This document shows positions 1 through 9,497 of a stretch of DNA of 64,000 nucleotides, piece after piece (the first letter of the stretch is position 1; each line of letters opens with the position of its first letter). The notes beneath the pieces are model-generated. The model had not been told where the DNA came from and did no database searches. It saw nothing but the letters and a program-made list of their open reading frames with translations. The stretch spans positions 1 through 64,000 of IMG/VR virus record IMGVR_UViG_3300037851_000620. One strand, written 5' to 3'. The position numbers were made by a program, and so were the translations under genes. This DNA is from a virus (taxonomy: Duplodnaviria; Caudoviricetes).

Positions 1-393
1 CCTGAAGTGTCGACTCGTCAGATAACCCAAATGGTTATTTCCAATATCGAAGAAGATGGTGTTCCTGAGATGGAGGGGATATCTGACACATTGGCAGAGT
101 TCCTGCATGTTTGCGGATTTGTTGATGAAGATGGAAATATTATCGAAGATGAGGAGAGTGTTGATGAAGAAGAGGAAACAGTAGAAGAAATTCCCGATTG
201 GATGTGTTTTGGATATGCGGACAGTAGGGATCCTGCGTGTGGTAAGTGCAAACTGTATGATCGTTGTAAGACCACAAGGATTGCGAATCGTCCAGAATGT
301 TTTGGAATTTCCTACAATGAAAATGCGCCAGAATGTAGAGAATGTATCGAGGCGCCATTCTGTAAGAAAGAAGTACAAAAACAAGGAGAATAA
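1..393 (+). CDS. C-terminal part of an acidic protein with two Cys-rich (CFG...C-x2-C...C) repeats; probably truncated by the window start
   Basis: Frame is open from base 1; repeats CFGYADSRDPACGKCKLYDRC and CFGISYNENAPECRECIEAPFC suggest Zn binding; followed by SD GGAG before the next gene. Confidence 0.6.
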   Translation, partial: PEVSTRQITQMVISNIEEDGVPEMEGISDTLAEFLHVCGFVDEDGNIIEDEESVDEEEETVEEIPDWMCFGYADSRDPACGKCKLYDRCKTTRIANRPECFGISYNENAPECRECIEAPFCKKEVQKQGE

Positions 394-395
394 AC

Positions 396-1112
396 ATGGT
401 CAAGAGGCGAAAGATCGTACGCACTGGTGGTGCAAAGCCAGCTGCAGTTGCTCCGAAAGTTTCGAAGAAAGCTGATCCAGAAGACGAATTCGAGGAAGTC
501 GACGAGACCGTCGTTGATGATGAGGAATATGACGACGATGATGCTGTCGAAGAAATCGATGACGAGGACGACGAGGAAGAGGCTCCCGCTCCTGTCCGCA
601 AGGCGAAGAGAGTCGTTGCCGTCGAGGCAGACGAGGAAGATCCTGATGATCAGCCTGTGGTTGTGAAGAAATCCAAGCCAGCACCCGTTGCCGCTCCGAA
701 AGCAGCTGAGATCAAGATGGTCGAGGCGACTGTGGTGGAGAACGTCTTCACGAAACTGATCGAGGCTCTTGATGAAGGCAAGGCTATCATCATCACCAAG
801 ACCAAGAGCAATCAGTATCAGGTTGTTTCCGGTGATGCGGTCAAATTCGGCGGTCAGAAGATGTCGAATGCCGAATATTGGAAAGAGGTGATCTCGCCTG
901 AATTCCGTGAGTGGAATGAAGAATGGTCACAGATGACTTTCGACGAGCGCAAGAAAGAAGCCATCAAGATCAAGGCGAAATGGGAGCCGCACGAGGATCC
1001 AGGTATCGAGGGCATGCATATCGCTCAGGCAGTGCGTGCGAAACTCGGGATTGAGAAGTACAAGCCAGAGTATCGCACTCGTGCCCAGCGGGCAGCGTTG
1101 CGCCATTCCTAA
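396..1112 (+). CDS. Hypothetical protein, acidic/disordered N-terminus plus helical C-terminal domain
   Basis: 238 aa ORF, SD at ~385, codon usage typical of highly expressed genes, followed by a terminator. Confidence 0.75.
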   Translation: MVKRRKIVRTGGAKPAAVAPKVSKKADPEDEFEEVDETVVDDEEYDDDDAVEEIDDEDDEEEAPAPVRKAKRVVAVEADEEDPDDQPVVVKKSKPAPVAAPKAAEIKMVEATVVENVFTKLIEALDEGKAIIITKTKSNQYQVVSGDAVKFGGQKMSNAEYWKEVISPEFREWNEEWSQMTFDERKKEAIKIKAKWEPHEDPGIEGMHIAQAVRAKLGIEKYKPEYRTRAQRAALRHS

Positions 1113-1135
1113 TTCATAACCATCGGCTGGAAAAT

Positions 1136-1166
1136 AGTGCCCTGTGTCACAGCAGGGCACTTTCTA
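1136..1166 (+). terminator. Rho-independent terminator
   Basis: agtgccctg-tgtcacag-cagggcact stem followed by ttct. Confidence 0.7.
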
Positions 1167-1176
1167 TAAGGTATAT

Positions 1177-2265
1177 ATGAAAGATATTGTCAAGAACGTT
1201 GCGTTTGTTTCAACAGGTAGAGATATTGGGGGAGTGACAGCATATGTTGGAAGACTGCTGACAGGCTTGAAGAAGATAGGACATGACGGTAAACTGGTAT
1301 TTATTACGCGAGGTACTGGAAAACCTATTGCAGATGCGTACAGACGTTTTGGTAATCACGAATACATACTAGCAAAGAATACAGAACAAATAGTAAATAT
1401 ACTGAATAGTTTTGATTTGGTTGTGCACGAGATGCCTGGAGGTTTCGACGATCATAGGCATTTCAAGACTTATGGAAATACAACATTACCATGGTTCTAT
1501 GACGGTTTATATAAAGTCACGGCTCCACAAACAGCCTTGTTATTAGATACAGGAACATTGACGAAATGGTGTCCATATATAGATAAATTTGAAGAGTTTT
1601 GTAAGTATTTTATTTCAATAAAGACAGGATTATCAAATTTATACGATGAAATGCGTGGGAATGTTGACGTTTATACCGTAGACGTTCCTATCAGTGTTGA
1701 TGAGACAGATCTTTCAAGGTTTGGAAAAAGAAATAACCTTATTGTTTCTACAAACAGGCTATATGCGGAGAAGCGATTGCATTTTCTAATTGATGCTATG
1801 CATTTTTTACCAAACTGGCGTGCCGAATTGCATACAGGTAGATATTATTATTTCTATGCCAAAAAGATAGAAGAAATTATGGCACAAAATACTATTTGGT
1901 ATAAGAATCTCGATATAAACTATGATGTATATTACGATGCAGCTTTGACGTATGCAGCTTCATATCTTGGAAATGGTAGCGATGGTGGGATGGAATGTGT
2001 ATCTATGGAGGGAGCAGTTCGTGGTGCTGTTCCATTGATTACAGACAATTGGGTTGCTCCTCATCTTGACAGTCCGGCTGAAGATATTGTTTACAAGTTT
2101 AGTATAAAGGATGGTAAGACTAATTTGTTAGACGTGATTTCCAACATTGATCCGCAATCAAGCGATTATCTAAGACGTCAGCAAGAGATATTTGAATATG
2201 TGAAGACGTTCAAAAGAGATACAGTACAAGCAAAGAAATTATTGTGGTTGATGAAATATGCATAG
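1177..2265 (+). CDS. GT-B fold glycosyltransferase (candidate DNA-modifying)
   Basis: GRDIGGVTAYV N-terminal motif, STNRLYAEKR, GGMECVSMEG (EGF/E7E-like); start moved to ATG 1177 because GTG 1144 lies inside the terminator. Confidence 0.7.
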   Translation: MKDIVKNVAFVSTGRDIGGVTAYVGRLLTGLKKIGHDGKLVFITRGTGKPIADAYRRFGNHEYILAKNTEQIVNILNSFDLVVHEMPGGFDDHRHFKTYGNTTLPWFYDGLYKVTAPQTALLLDTGTLTKWCPYIDKFEEFCKYFISIKTGLSNLYDEMRGNVDVYTVDVPISVDETDLSRFGKRNNLIVSTNRLYAEKRLHFLIDAMHFLPNWRAELHTGRYYYFYAKKIEEIMAQNTIWYKNLDINYDVYYDAALTYAASYLGNGSDGGMECVSMEGAVRGAVPLITDNWVAPHLDSPAEDIVYKFSIKDGKTNLLDVISNIDPQSSDYLRRQQEIFEYVKTFKRDTVQAKKLLWLMKYA

Positions 2266-2277
2266 GAGTTTGGAAAT

Positions 2278-3315
2278 ATGGCTACAGTGAGTTTGTTCTA
2301 TATGTCAAAAGTGAAGTTTGGTGGTTTTGCTGCATACACATCTCATTTATGCAGGGCATTTCGTCAATGCGGGCATGAATGTAATATCTATAAGATACGT
2401 GTGCGTACCGAAAGGAATGAGCGAGACTTCTTAGATGGTATCGGTTCTACAAACATTTCCATTGAAGATGCCTTGATAGTTATAAAGAATTCAGATTATG
2501 CTATCGTCACTGCTACATTTTGGCGTGGTTGGCATGAGCCGATTTCCAAACTGATAGAGGCAGGTTGTGAAGTTGTGCTTCATGATCATACGGATTATCG
2601 TGGCGACTTCAAAGATTTTCTACAGACCTATGGTGTTAGACCAGTTGTTATCAGGATTGCAAATTACACCAATTTGCATCGCGATGGGTTAGATCCGGTA
2701 TATATTCCTCATCCTTACGTTCAATTCCAAACACACAAAGTTCCACGTGATGTTCACGCTGTATCTGTATGCAGACTGGATTACGACAAGCATACAGATA
2801 TTCTTATCCGTGCTAATGAGCATTTACCAAAGGATAAACAAATACAATTATGGGGTGCTCATACACGGATGTATATGTTTCAGAAAGTGGTCGGGAAGTA
2901 CAAAGGTTGGAATGATAACAAGCATTACACTGGTCCTAATTATCCCCGTGAACAGCAAACATTTCCAAGTACCCCAGGATTTGCTGTTATGTTGAATCGT
3001 AGAGCAGAATTTTCGTGTGATATGAGTGCTATCAAAGGTGACGGTGGTGGCACACAATATTCATTTCTGGAAGCAATAAATGGAAATGCTGTGCTTGTGT
3101 TGAATCGTAAGTGGTTCGTAAATTCCGATGATGAATTGATTGAAAATTTCAATTGTTTGGCTGTAGATGACGATAAACAATTGGCATCATTGCTAAAATT
3201 GCAGTCTTGGGGGGATTTCCAAACTATTCGTGCAAATGCCAGAGTGGTGTTAGACGATCATGGCTCAGAATATGTTGTGAAGCGTTGGATAAAATTTCTT
3301 AGAGGTAAAATTTAA
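2278..3315 (+). CDS. GT-B fold glycosyltransferase (candidate DNA-modifying)
   Basis: KFGGFAAYTSHL, SVCRLDYDKHTDIL, GGGTQYSFLEA motifs; lies in a cluster with modification enzymes. Confidence 0.7.
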   Translation: MATVSLFYMSKVKFGGFAAYTSHLCRAFRQCGHECNIYKIRVRTERNERDFLDGIGSTNISIEDALIVIKNSDYAIVTATFWRGWHEPISKLIEAGCEVVLHDHTDYRGDFKDFLQTYGVRPVVIRIANYTNLHRDGLDPVYIPHPYVQFQTHKVPRDVHAVSVCRLDYDKHTDILIRANEHLPKDKQIQLWGAHTRMYMFQKVVGKYKGWNDNKHYTGPNYPREQQTFPSTPGFAVMLNRRAEFSCDMSAIKGDGGGTQYSFLEAINGNAVLVLNRKWFVNSDDELIENFNCLAVDDDKQLASLLKLQSWGDFQTIRANARVVLDDHGSEYVVKRWIKFLRGKI

Positions 3316-4304
3316 TGGGAAACAAACTAACACGTCCTTGGTCGGTGCAAGTTGAATTGGCAGAAGGATGTAGCAGGACATGTCCGTTTTGCGGAATTAA
3401 CGGTATTCGCGAGAAGCCTGGAAATTACAAATTTATGGAAATCTATATAGCACGTATGTTGGCAAAACAGTGTGCCGAATTTTGTCCCGATTCTCGCTAT
3501 GAATTTGCTATGCATGGCGAGCCGACAATGAATCCTAATCATTTGAAAATATTCAACATATTCAGGCAACATTTGCCAAAGACACAACTTCAACTGACTA
3601 CAAATGGTGTAAGATTTCTGAACGCAAAGATTGCTCAAGAAAATGTAGAAGCAATCTTTACAGCAGGGATAGACTTCATCATCTTGGATACATATTATCC
3701 AGAACGTGATAAGTTGCGTGAGATAGCGTATAGTTTGAAAGGGATTTCCATTGTAGATTATTATGAGGAGATGGCTCCTGCAGGTCAGTCTCCATGGTAT
3801 AACCATCGTAGGAAGTTGAATAATACGGTTATACTGATGGATGATTTGTTGAGTCGGAATGGGGAAGTCCGTTCGCGTGTTATTTATAACCATGCTGGGA
3901 ATGCAAATCCAAAAATTGCTCCTCCTGTTGACAAACCATTGAAGAAAACGTGTACGATGCCGTTCAGAGAAATTGCTGTGCGTTGGGATGGCACTGTTGC
4001 ACTTTGTTGTCATGATTGGAAAGGCGAGTATCCGATTTCCAACATTCATCACGAGCATCTAGAAGACATATGGAATCATCAGCGATTTGAAGCAGCACGG
4101 ACATTTCTTCAGAATAAGAAAAGGATTTTCAATCCTTGTTCGCGTTGTGATGTTGACGCTGGTGCACGGTCTGGATTATTACCAAAATATCCTGAGCCGA
4201 CGAAAGAAGATGCCGAAATTGTTTATGAAACAATCAATGAAGGACACAAGACTACAAACCATCTTTTGAGAGTTACAAAATCATTTTTGGAGTTATTGAA
4301 ATGA
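3315..4304 (+). CDS. Radical SAM / SPASM-twitch domain protein
   Basis: CSRTCPFC (CxxxCxxC), HGEP, TTNG, and C-terminal CTMPF...DGTVALCC...C-x2-C. Confidence 0.9.
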   Translation: MGNKLTRPWSVQVELAEGCSRTCPFCGINGIREKPGNYKFMEIYIARMLAKQCAEFCPDSRYEFAMHGEPTMNPNHLKIFNIFRQHLPKTQLQLTTNGVRFLNAKIAQENVEAIFTAGIDFIILDTYYPERDKLREIAYSLKGISIVDYYEEMAPAGQSPWYNHRRKLNNTVILMDDLLSRNGEVRSRVIYNHAGNANPKIAPPVDKPLKKTCTMPFREIAVRWDGTVALCCHDWKGEYPISNIHHEHLEDIWNHQRFEAARTFLQNKKRIFNPCSRCDVDAGARSGLLPKYPEPTKEDAEIVYETINEGHKTTNHLLRVTKSFLELLK

Positions 4305-5209
4305 GTGATTACGAGATTTCCAAAGATGCTTTGAAACGATTCTTTGGCTTCATCAAAGAGCGGCATGCTATTTATATTCGGAGGAACAGAGGCGATGAAT
4401 GGCCATGGACAGACGACAAAATCCTTCAGACATATAAATTCACAAATATCTTTAGAGAGCTGGATACAGGCACAGTGCACTGTCGAACAGCGATACGGGA
4501 GCCTTATGCGGACGATAGAGAACTATTCTTCAACATCGCCACTTATCGTCTTTATAATTACATCGATACACAACGGGAGATTGGATACATCTATCATTAT
4601 GATCCCGAGAGGGTGATGAATTTGATGTATATTAGAAGGAATCGTGGCGACCGTATATTTACAGGCGCACATATGATTACTGGTACTCTTGGAGGGGATA
4701 AAATTTGGCAGGTGTTTGGCTTATGTTTTGGTAAACTGTGGGAACAACGTCGCGAATTAGAGCCAAAACCTGGCGATACTTTGGAAAAAGCATTCAATCG
4801 TCTGAATAAACATAATCCTGGATATGGTCCATTCATTGCTTATGAAGTCATCACAGATTTGCGTTGGACACGATACCTTGACGATGCAGATGATATTATG
4901 ACATGGGCGAATCCTGGTCCAGGATGTATGCGTGGTATCAATCGTTTGCTTGGAAATCCTGTGTATAACAAGAAGGATTATAATGTCAAGAAAGACACCA
5001 AGAGGTATCCAGATAGAGAAGGTTATCTTGACATAATGCGTTATCTATTGCGTGCATCTAGCAATATGACATATCTTCCAAAGTGGATTTCAGCCTTGGA
5101 AATGCGGGATATTGAGCATTCCCTTTGCGAATTTGATAAGTACGAGCGTGTGCGTTTGGGTGAAGGAAGACCACGGTCACTATATAATCCACCAATCGTA
5201 CAAGTTTAG
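4301..5209 (+). CDS. aGPT-Pplase / 5-hmdU kinase helical-domain family protein (amino acid:DNA transferase-like)
   Basis: FIKERHAIY..R..G..WPWTDDKIL..YKFTNIFRELD, GYGPFIAYEVITDL, ANPGPG...G, DIEHSLCEFDKY: hallmark motifs of this DNA-hypermodification family. Confidence 0.85.
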   Translation: MSDYEISKDALKRFFGFIKERHAIYIRRNRGDEWPWTDDKILQTYKFTNIFRELDTGTVHCRTAIREPYADDRELFFNIATYRLYNYIDTQREIGYIYHYDPERVMNLMYIRRNRGDRIFTGAHMITGTLGGDKIWQVFGLCFGKLWEQRRELEPKPGDTLEKAFNRLNKHNPGYGPFIAYEVITDLRWTRYLDDADDIMTWANPGPGCMRGINRLLGNPVYNKKDYNVKKDTKRYPDREGYLDIMRYLLRASSNMTYLPKWISALEMRDIEHSLCEFDKYERVRLGEGRPRSLYNPPIVQV

Positions 5210-5211
5210 TA
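5201..5211 (+). promoter_or_regulatory. Conserved phage motif CAAGTTTAGT(A), copy 1
   Basis: One of six identical 10-mers, all at gene boundaries. Confidence 0.6.
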
Positions 5212-5252
5212 AAGTAGAGCTAGAATCCATTTGTAAGGCTCCAGGAGGAGCT

Positions 5253-5546
5253 GTGAGCGTTTTATGTGAGCAGTATAGTTATAATGATCAGCCTAATAAA
5301 GGAGAAAAGGTTGTAAAGGCTTCTCTGGAATTGCAGCTAGAGGCTGCCATTCAAGCATTTGAAAAGAAGCATGGGTATCGTCCGCATTATATTGAAATGC
5401 GTGTTGATGAGATTGATAATGTTAGTTATGCACCTTTGGATATTCATGGTGTTACGAAAGGACTTCCTCCGCACAATTACAGGCTTCATCCTGTGGTGAA
5501 GAGGAAACCAATCCGGAAAGTTGAAAGGATATCGTATGAAGGTTAA
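5253..5546 (+). CDS. Hypothetical protein
   Basis: SD GGAGGAG before GTG 5253; preceded by the CAAGTTTAGT motif at 5201. Confidence 0.6.
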   Translation: MSVLCEQYSYNDQPNKGEKVVKASLELQLEAAIQAFEKKHGYRPHYIEMRVDEIDNVSYAPLDIHGVTKGLPPHNYRLHPVVKRKPIRKVERISYEG

Positions 5547-6036
5547 AGTGTCGCGAGGGACTTTGTTGGATATTTGCGAGCAGCGCATCAATCATATTCT
5601 GAAGAAGAATGCGGACTATGGCGATGCTTGGCAAAATAATGAGGGATTTACACCCCTCTTGCGTATGCGCGAGAAGCTGCTGCGTGTTGAAACATTGTCT
5701 GATGGTCGTAAGGCTATGGTCGAAGACGAATCGGTCGATCAGGATGTTGCTGAAATCTTCGACTATGCGCTTCTGTATATGCTTTGGAAAGCGTGGCAAC
5801 CAAAGTTGGGCGAAAGTGTTCTGTATATGCTTTGGAAAGCGTGGCAACCAAAGTTGGGCGAAAGTGTTTATGAAAAGAGTCGTCAGATGTCATATGAAGA
5901 GCTTGGAAATTTCTTAGGAGGAATGAAAGATGAAGAAAGCGAGTGGGGAGATATTCGGAATCAGTTGCGGGATGCTGTTGCTATTGTGTTTGGTATTGAT
6001 CCTGACTTGCTTGACGACAGCGGCACTCCCGAGTAG
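5536..6036 (+). CDS. Nucleotide modification associated domain 1 (DUF1599/Nmad1-like) protein
   Basis: KKNADYGDAW...LRMREKLLR...ESVDQDVAEIFDYALL motif pattern. Confidence 0.7.
   Translation: MKVKVSRGTLLDICEQRINHILKKNADYGDAWQNNEGFTPLLRMREKLLRVETLSDGRKAMVEDESVDQDVAEIFDYALLYMLWKAWQPKLGESVLYMLWKAWQPKLGESVYEKSRQMSYEELGNFLGGMKDEESEWGDIRNQLRDAVAIVFGIDPDLLDDSGTPE
5771..5868 (+). repeat. Perfect 48-bp tandem duplication (LYMLWKAWQPKLGESV x2)
   Basis: ttctgtatatgctttggaaagcgtggcaaccaaagttgggcgaaagtg at 5771-5818 and 5819-5866. Confidence 0.95.
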
Positions 6037-6421
6037 TGTATTTTGTATATTGTGCACAGAGACACCTGAGTCATCAAGTACTCCTGAGCCATCAAAGACT
6101 CCTGAACCATCGGCGACGCCTGTTCCTACAAACACCCCTGTGCCATCGGCTACACCTTTTCCAACTGATACTTTGGAGCCAACTCCATCGTCGCCTCCTG
6201 AAGAACAAACAAGTACTCCATTCGCGACAGTCACCAAAACGTCGATTGTATATCCACCACCAGACGAGCCTGACGATCCGACTCCAATCCCTTCCCCGAC
6301 AGCATTACCAAACACAGGGATATTCGATGATATGCCTATGGATTTACGTTATATGTTTGCCATTGCGCTTATTTGCATAGTCATTATAGTTCCGCTCGCA
6401 ATTCGGAGGATGTTGTCATGA
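5972..6421 (+). CDS. Signal peptide + Pro/Thr-rich stalk + LPNTG sortase-type anchor protein
   Basis: Hydrophobic N-terminus, PTNTPVPSATP repeats, LPNTG followed by a TM helix and RR tail. Confidence 0.65.
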   Translation: MLLLLCLVLILTCLTTAALPSSVFCILCTETPESSSTPEPSKTPEPSATPVPTNTPVPSATPFPTDTLEPTPSSPPEEQTSTPFATVTKTSIVYPPPDEPDDPTPIPSPTALPNTGIFDDMPMDLRYMFAIALICIVIIVPLAIRRMLS

Positions 6422-6606
6422 CTCCAGAGATTTCCAACGAGAAAATTGTCATCTTGGTAGTACTGATTTGCGTGTTATTGTTCTTTCTTGCGCTCACATT
6501 CTCATCATGGGCAAGGCAACAGGTCGAGATTATCAAGATGAGAAACATCATACGTTCTGAGCAGGAAGCAGATGAGCAGCAATACAATCAGTCCATCGCA
6601 AAATAA
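6418..6606 (+). CDS. Small membrane protein
   Basis: SD GGAGG at 6405, one TM helix. Confidence 0.6.
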   Translation: MTPEISNEKIVILVVLICVLLFFLALTFSSWARQQVEIIKMRNIIRSEQEADEQQYNQSIAK

Positions 6607-9256
6607 TCCTATATGTATTGAATGCGGATGTTGGAAATCGTGTAAAAATCCGTTTATGGAGTTTTCCGGCAGTAGTCAGCCGGAACTCCTTATCATAGGG
6701 GAAGCACCAGGTGAGCGAGAAGATCAGAAGGGAATACCGTTTGTTGGCGATGCTGGCTCATTATTACGTAATGCACTTATAGAATTTGGCTTCACAGATG
6801 AAAATACAGCGTTCACGAACGTTGTGCGTTGTAGACCTGTTGGCAATAAGATTACCAAGAAGGCTATAAACTATTGTTCAAGATTTGTTCTTGAAGATAT
6901 AGAGAAGCTGAATGCTCCGATAGTGTTTTTGCACGGGAACGTTCCTTTGAATGCTGTGCTTGGTCAGACAGGTATATCTCAATGGAATGGTGTACCTGTG
7001 GAAAAGGAGAGATTATATGTCCCTCTTTTTCATCCTGCATATATATTACGAAATTCTAATGCCACAGACGAATGGCTTGCTGGAATGCTTGGGGCATTAG
7101 AGGGGACTGAGAAGAAAAAGAAATTCAATCGTACATTTCCAAAGATTTTAGAAGACATTCAGGCTATGAAAGATCAATTGGCTGAATGCGAGTATATATC
7201 TTATGATGTTGAAACGTCATCGTTAGATGCATTTTCCGAAAATTCTAGTATTATATCGGTATCACTGGCTGGCGGTGACTATTCATATGCATTTCCAATA
7301 GATCATCCTGAATCTTGGTGGAATCGCGAATCATCTTATAAACATATGTCTGAGCGCGATGCTGTTGTTCAGACATTGACAGATATATTGTTGGATCACG
7401 ATGGTCATGTCATAGGTCATAATATAAAATTTGATCAGATGCAGACGTTTGGAAATCTTGATTTCATGTTTGCTTCTGGTGGTGACACTATGCTTGTTAG
7501 TCATTTGTTGGATAGTCGGCAAGGAATTCATGGTCTGAAGCGTTTGGCTGGTATAAATTTGGGTATGTATGAATATGAGCAGGAATTGACGACATATATT
7601 CGTGAGCATCGCGAAGCAAATCCAAACTATGGTGGTTCGTATGCTAAGATACCTTTGGAAATATTGTTACCATATGGTGCAATGGACTCTGAAGCAACTC
7701 TTATGCTTCACGATAAGCTGTTTCCTGAGTTGACAGACAGACAAGCAATTTTATACGATCAATTGATATTGCCAGTCAGCGACGTTCTTTGCGAAATGCA
7801 ATGTAATGGTATCAAATTGGATAAATATATTGCCGAAAGATATCTTGCGATATATTCCCAAAAACAAAGAGAGACATATGTAGAAATTCTTGATGATCAT
7901 TATGTAAGGATTATGTCTAAAGATAGAAACAAAGCATTGAAAGAAGTGAACAAAAAGAAACGAAAGAAGGTTATATACGAATTCAATCCTCAGAGCTTTG
8001 CACAACTGTTAGATTTGTACGAAAATTATTATAACATAGCATTACCAAAAGTGACACGTCCTGATGGAACGGTGCGTTCTACAACATCGGGGGGAGCACT
8101 TCGACCACAAGAAGATATGTATCCTATCTTGAGAATGATAAGATATTATAAACTTCTTGGTAAGATGATGAGCACTTATCTAAGACCTGCGGCAACTGGT
8201 GTTTGGGAATCTGGTGATGGGCGTGTAAGAACGTCTTATAATTTGCATGGTACACGAACAGGACGACTCAGTTCTAGTGGTGACAAAGATAAGCATTCAA
8301 AAGGCATGAATTTACAGAATATTCCAACTCCTGAGAAGGAGCCTGGAACATTATTGGAAATCTTGCCAATCAAGAACATCTTTACACACAGTTATCACAG
8401 AAAACCAAGCCTGTGTGTTTCAAGTATCGGCGAGAAGTTTATCATGTACAATGCGAAAGAGTTGTACGGAGATGGTGTAGTAATGTCGGTAGATTTTAGT
8501 GGTATGGAATTGCGTTGTTTTGCATCGCTTGCTGATTGTGAACCAATGTTGGAAATCCATAGGAGCGGAAAAGACTTTCATTCGAGCGTTGCGTTGCGTG
8601 CTTTGACAGGGAAACCGATTCAAGACATAACATTCGAAGAGATTTCCAAGCTTGAGAAGTCTATAAGGTATCGTTATAAATGGACGAATTGGACGTTGCT
8701 TTATGGTGGTGATGCGAATACACTTCATCATTTGTATAATATGCCGATGGATGAAGCAGAACAACTGGTTGCAGATTATTTTGAGGCATTTCCTGAAGTG
8801 CGGGATTTCCAAGATAGTACAATCGAATTTGCTGAAGATCATGGCTATGTCGAAAGTCCGTTTGGCAGACGTGAATACTTGTATTATATCAATGATTCAG
8901 ATATGAAAAAGCGAAACGCAGATCGTAGAGCGGCAGTGAATATGCCTGTACAATCGGCAGCTTCTGATACCTTATTGCTTGCTTTGATAAATGTTGCTGA
9001 TAGGTTGCGAGGCATGAAAACACGTTTGGTAAATACCGTTCATGATAGTATTATGTTAGATGTTCCGAAAAGCGAAGTCATGCAAGCTGCGAAGATTTGT
9101 GTAGATTGTATGGAAAATGTAAAGGATTACGCAAAAGACTACGCTCCTGAAATAGATATGAGTTGGCTGAAAAGTCCACTCAAGGCTGATGTTGATGTTG
9201 GTTCTCATTATGGTACGATGATCAGTTTGGAAAAGTGGGAGGAATTGTATGGCTGA
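6572..9256 (+). CDS. polA: DNA polymerase family A with N-terminal family-4 uracil-DNA glycosylase-like domain and 3'-5' exonuclease
   Basis: UDG: C-x2-C, IGEAPG, TNVVRCRP, FHPAYILR; Exo: YDVET, HNIKFD, YGAMD; Pol: RTGRLSS, NLQNIP, DFSGMELR (motif A), R...K..N....YG (motif B), VHDS (motif C). Confidence 0.95.
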   Translation: MSSNTISPSQNNPICIECGCWKSCKNPFMEFSGSSQPELLIIGEAPGEREDQKGIPFVGDAGSLLRNALIEFGFTDENTAFTNVVRCRPVGNKITKKAINYCSRFVLEDIEKLNAPIVFLHGNVPLNAVLGQTGISQWNGVPVEKERLYVPLFHPAYILRNSNATDEWLAGMLGALEGTEKKKKFNRTFPKILEDIQAMKDQLAECEYISYDVETSSLDAFSENSSIISVSLAGGDYSYAFPIDHPESWWNRESSYKHMSERDAVVQTLTDILLDHDGHVIGHNIKFDQMQTFGNLDFMFASGGDTMLVSHLLDSRQGIHGLKRLAGINLGMYEYEQELTTYIREHREANPNYGGSYAKIPLEILLPYGAMDSEATLMLHDKLFPELTDRQAILYDQLILPVSDVLCEMQCNGIKLDKYIAERYLAIYSQKQRETYVEILDDHYVRIMSKDRNKALKEVNKKKRKKVIYEFNPQSFAQLLDLYENYYNIALPKVTRPDGTVRSTTSGGALRPQEDMYPILRMIRYYKLLGKMMSTYLRPAATGVWESGDGRVRTSYNLHGTRTGRLSSSGDKDKHSKGMNLQNIPTPEKEPGTLLEILPIKNIFTHSYHRKPSLCVSSIGEKFIMYNAKELYGDGVVMSVDFSGMELRCFASLADCEPMLEIHRSGKDFHSSVALRALTGKPIQDITFEEISKLEKSIRYRYKWTNWTLLYGGDANTLHHLYNMPMDEAEQLVADYFEAFPEVRDFQDSTIEFAEDHGYVESPFGRREYLYYINDSDMKKRNADRRAAVNMPVQSAASDTLLLALINVADRLRGMKTRLVNTVHDSIMLDVPKSEVMQAAKICVDCMENVKDYAKDYAPEIDMSWLKSPLKADVDVGSHYGTMISLEKWEELYG

Positions 9257-9497
9257 GATTGAAACGTATGCAGAGATTGTGATAGGAACGTGGGCTGATA
9301 CTGTCTTAGAGAAACTTGGCAAGCCATCAGATATCATCAATCTTGGAAATAATCCTGACGATGAGGCACAAGGTTATGTTGTCGAATGGATCTATCGCGA
9401 GGAGGGTGTGAAGTTTACAATGGCTCGTGGAATTAGAGACGACCTGTTTTATGGTCACATGACAATCTACTCTGTGCAGAAGATAGAGGCTATATGA
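9249..9497 (+). CDS. Hypothetical protein
   Basis: 82 aa ORF translationally coupled on both sides. Confidence 0.65.
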   Translation: MAEIETYAEIVIGTWADTVLEKLGKPSDIINLGNNPDDEAQGYVVEWIYREEGVKFTMARGIRDDLFYGHMTIYSVQKIEAI

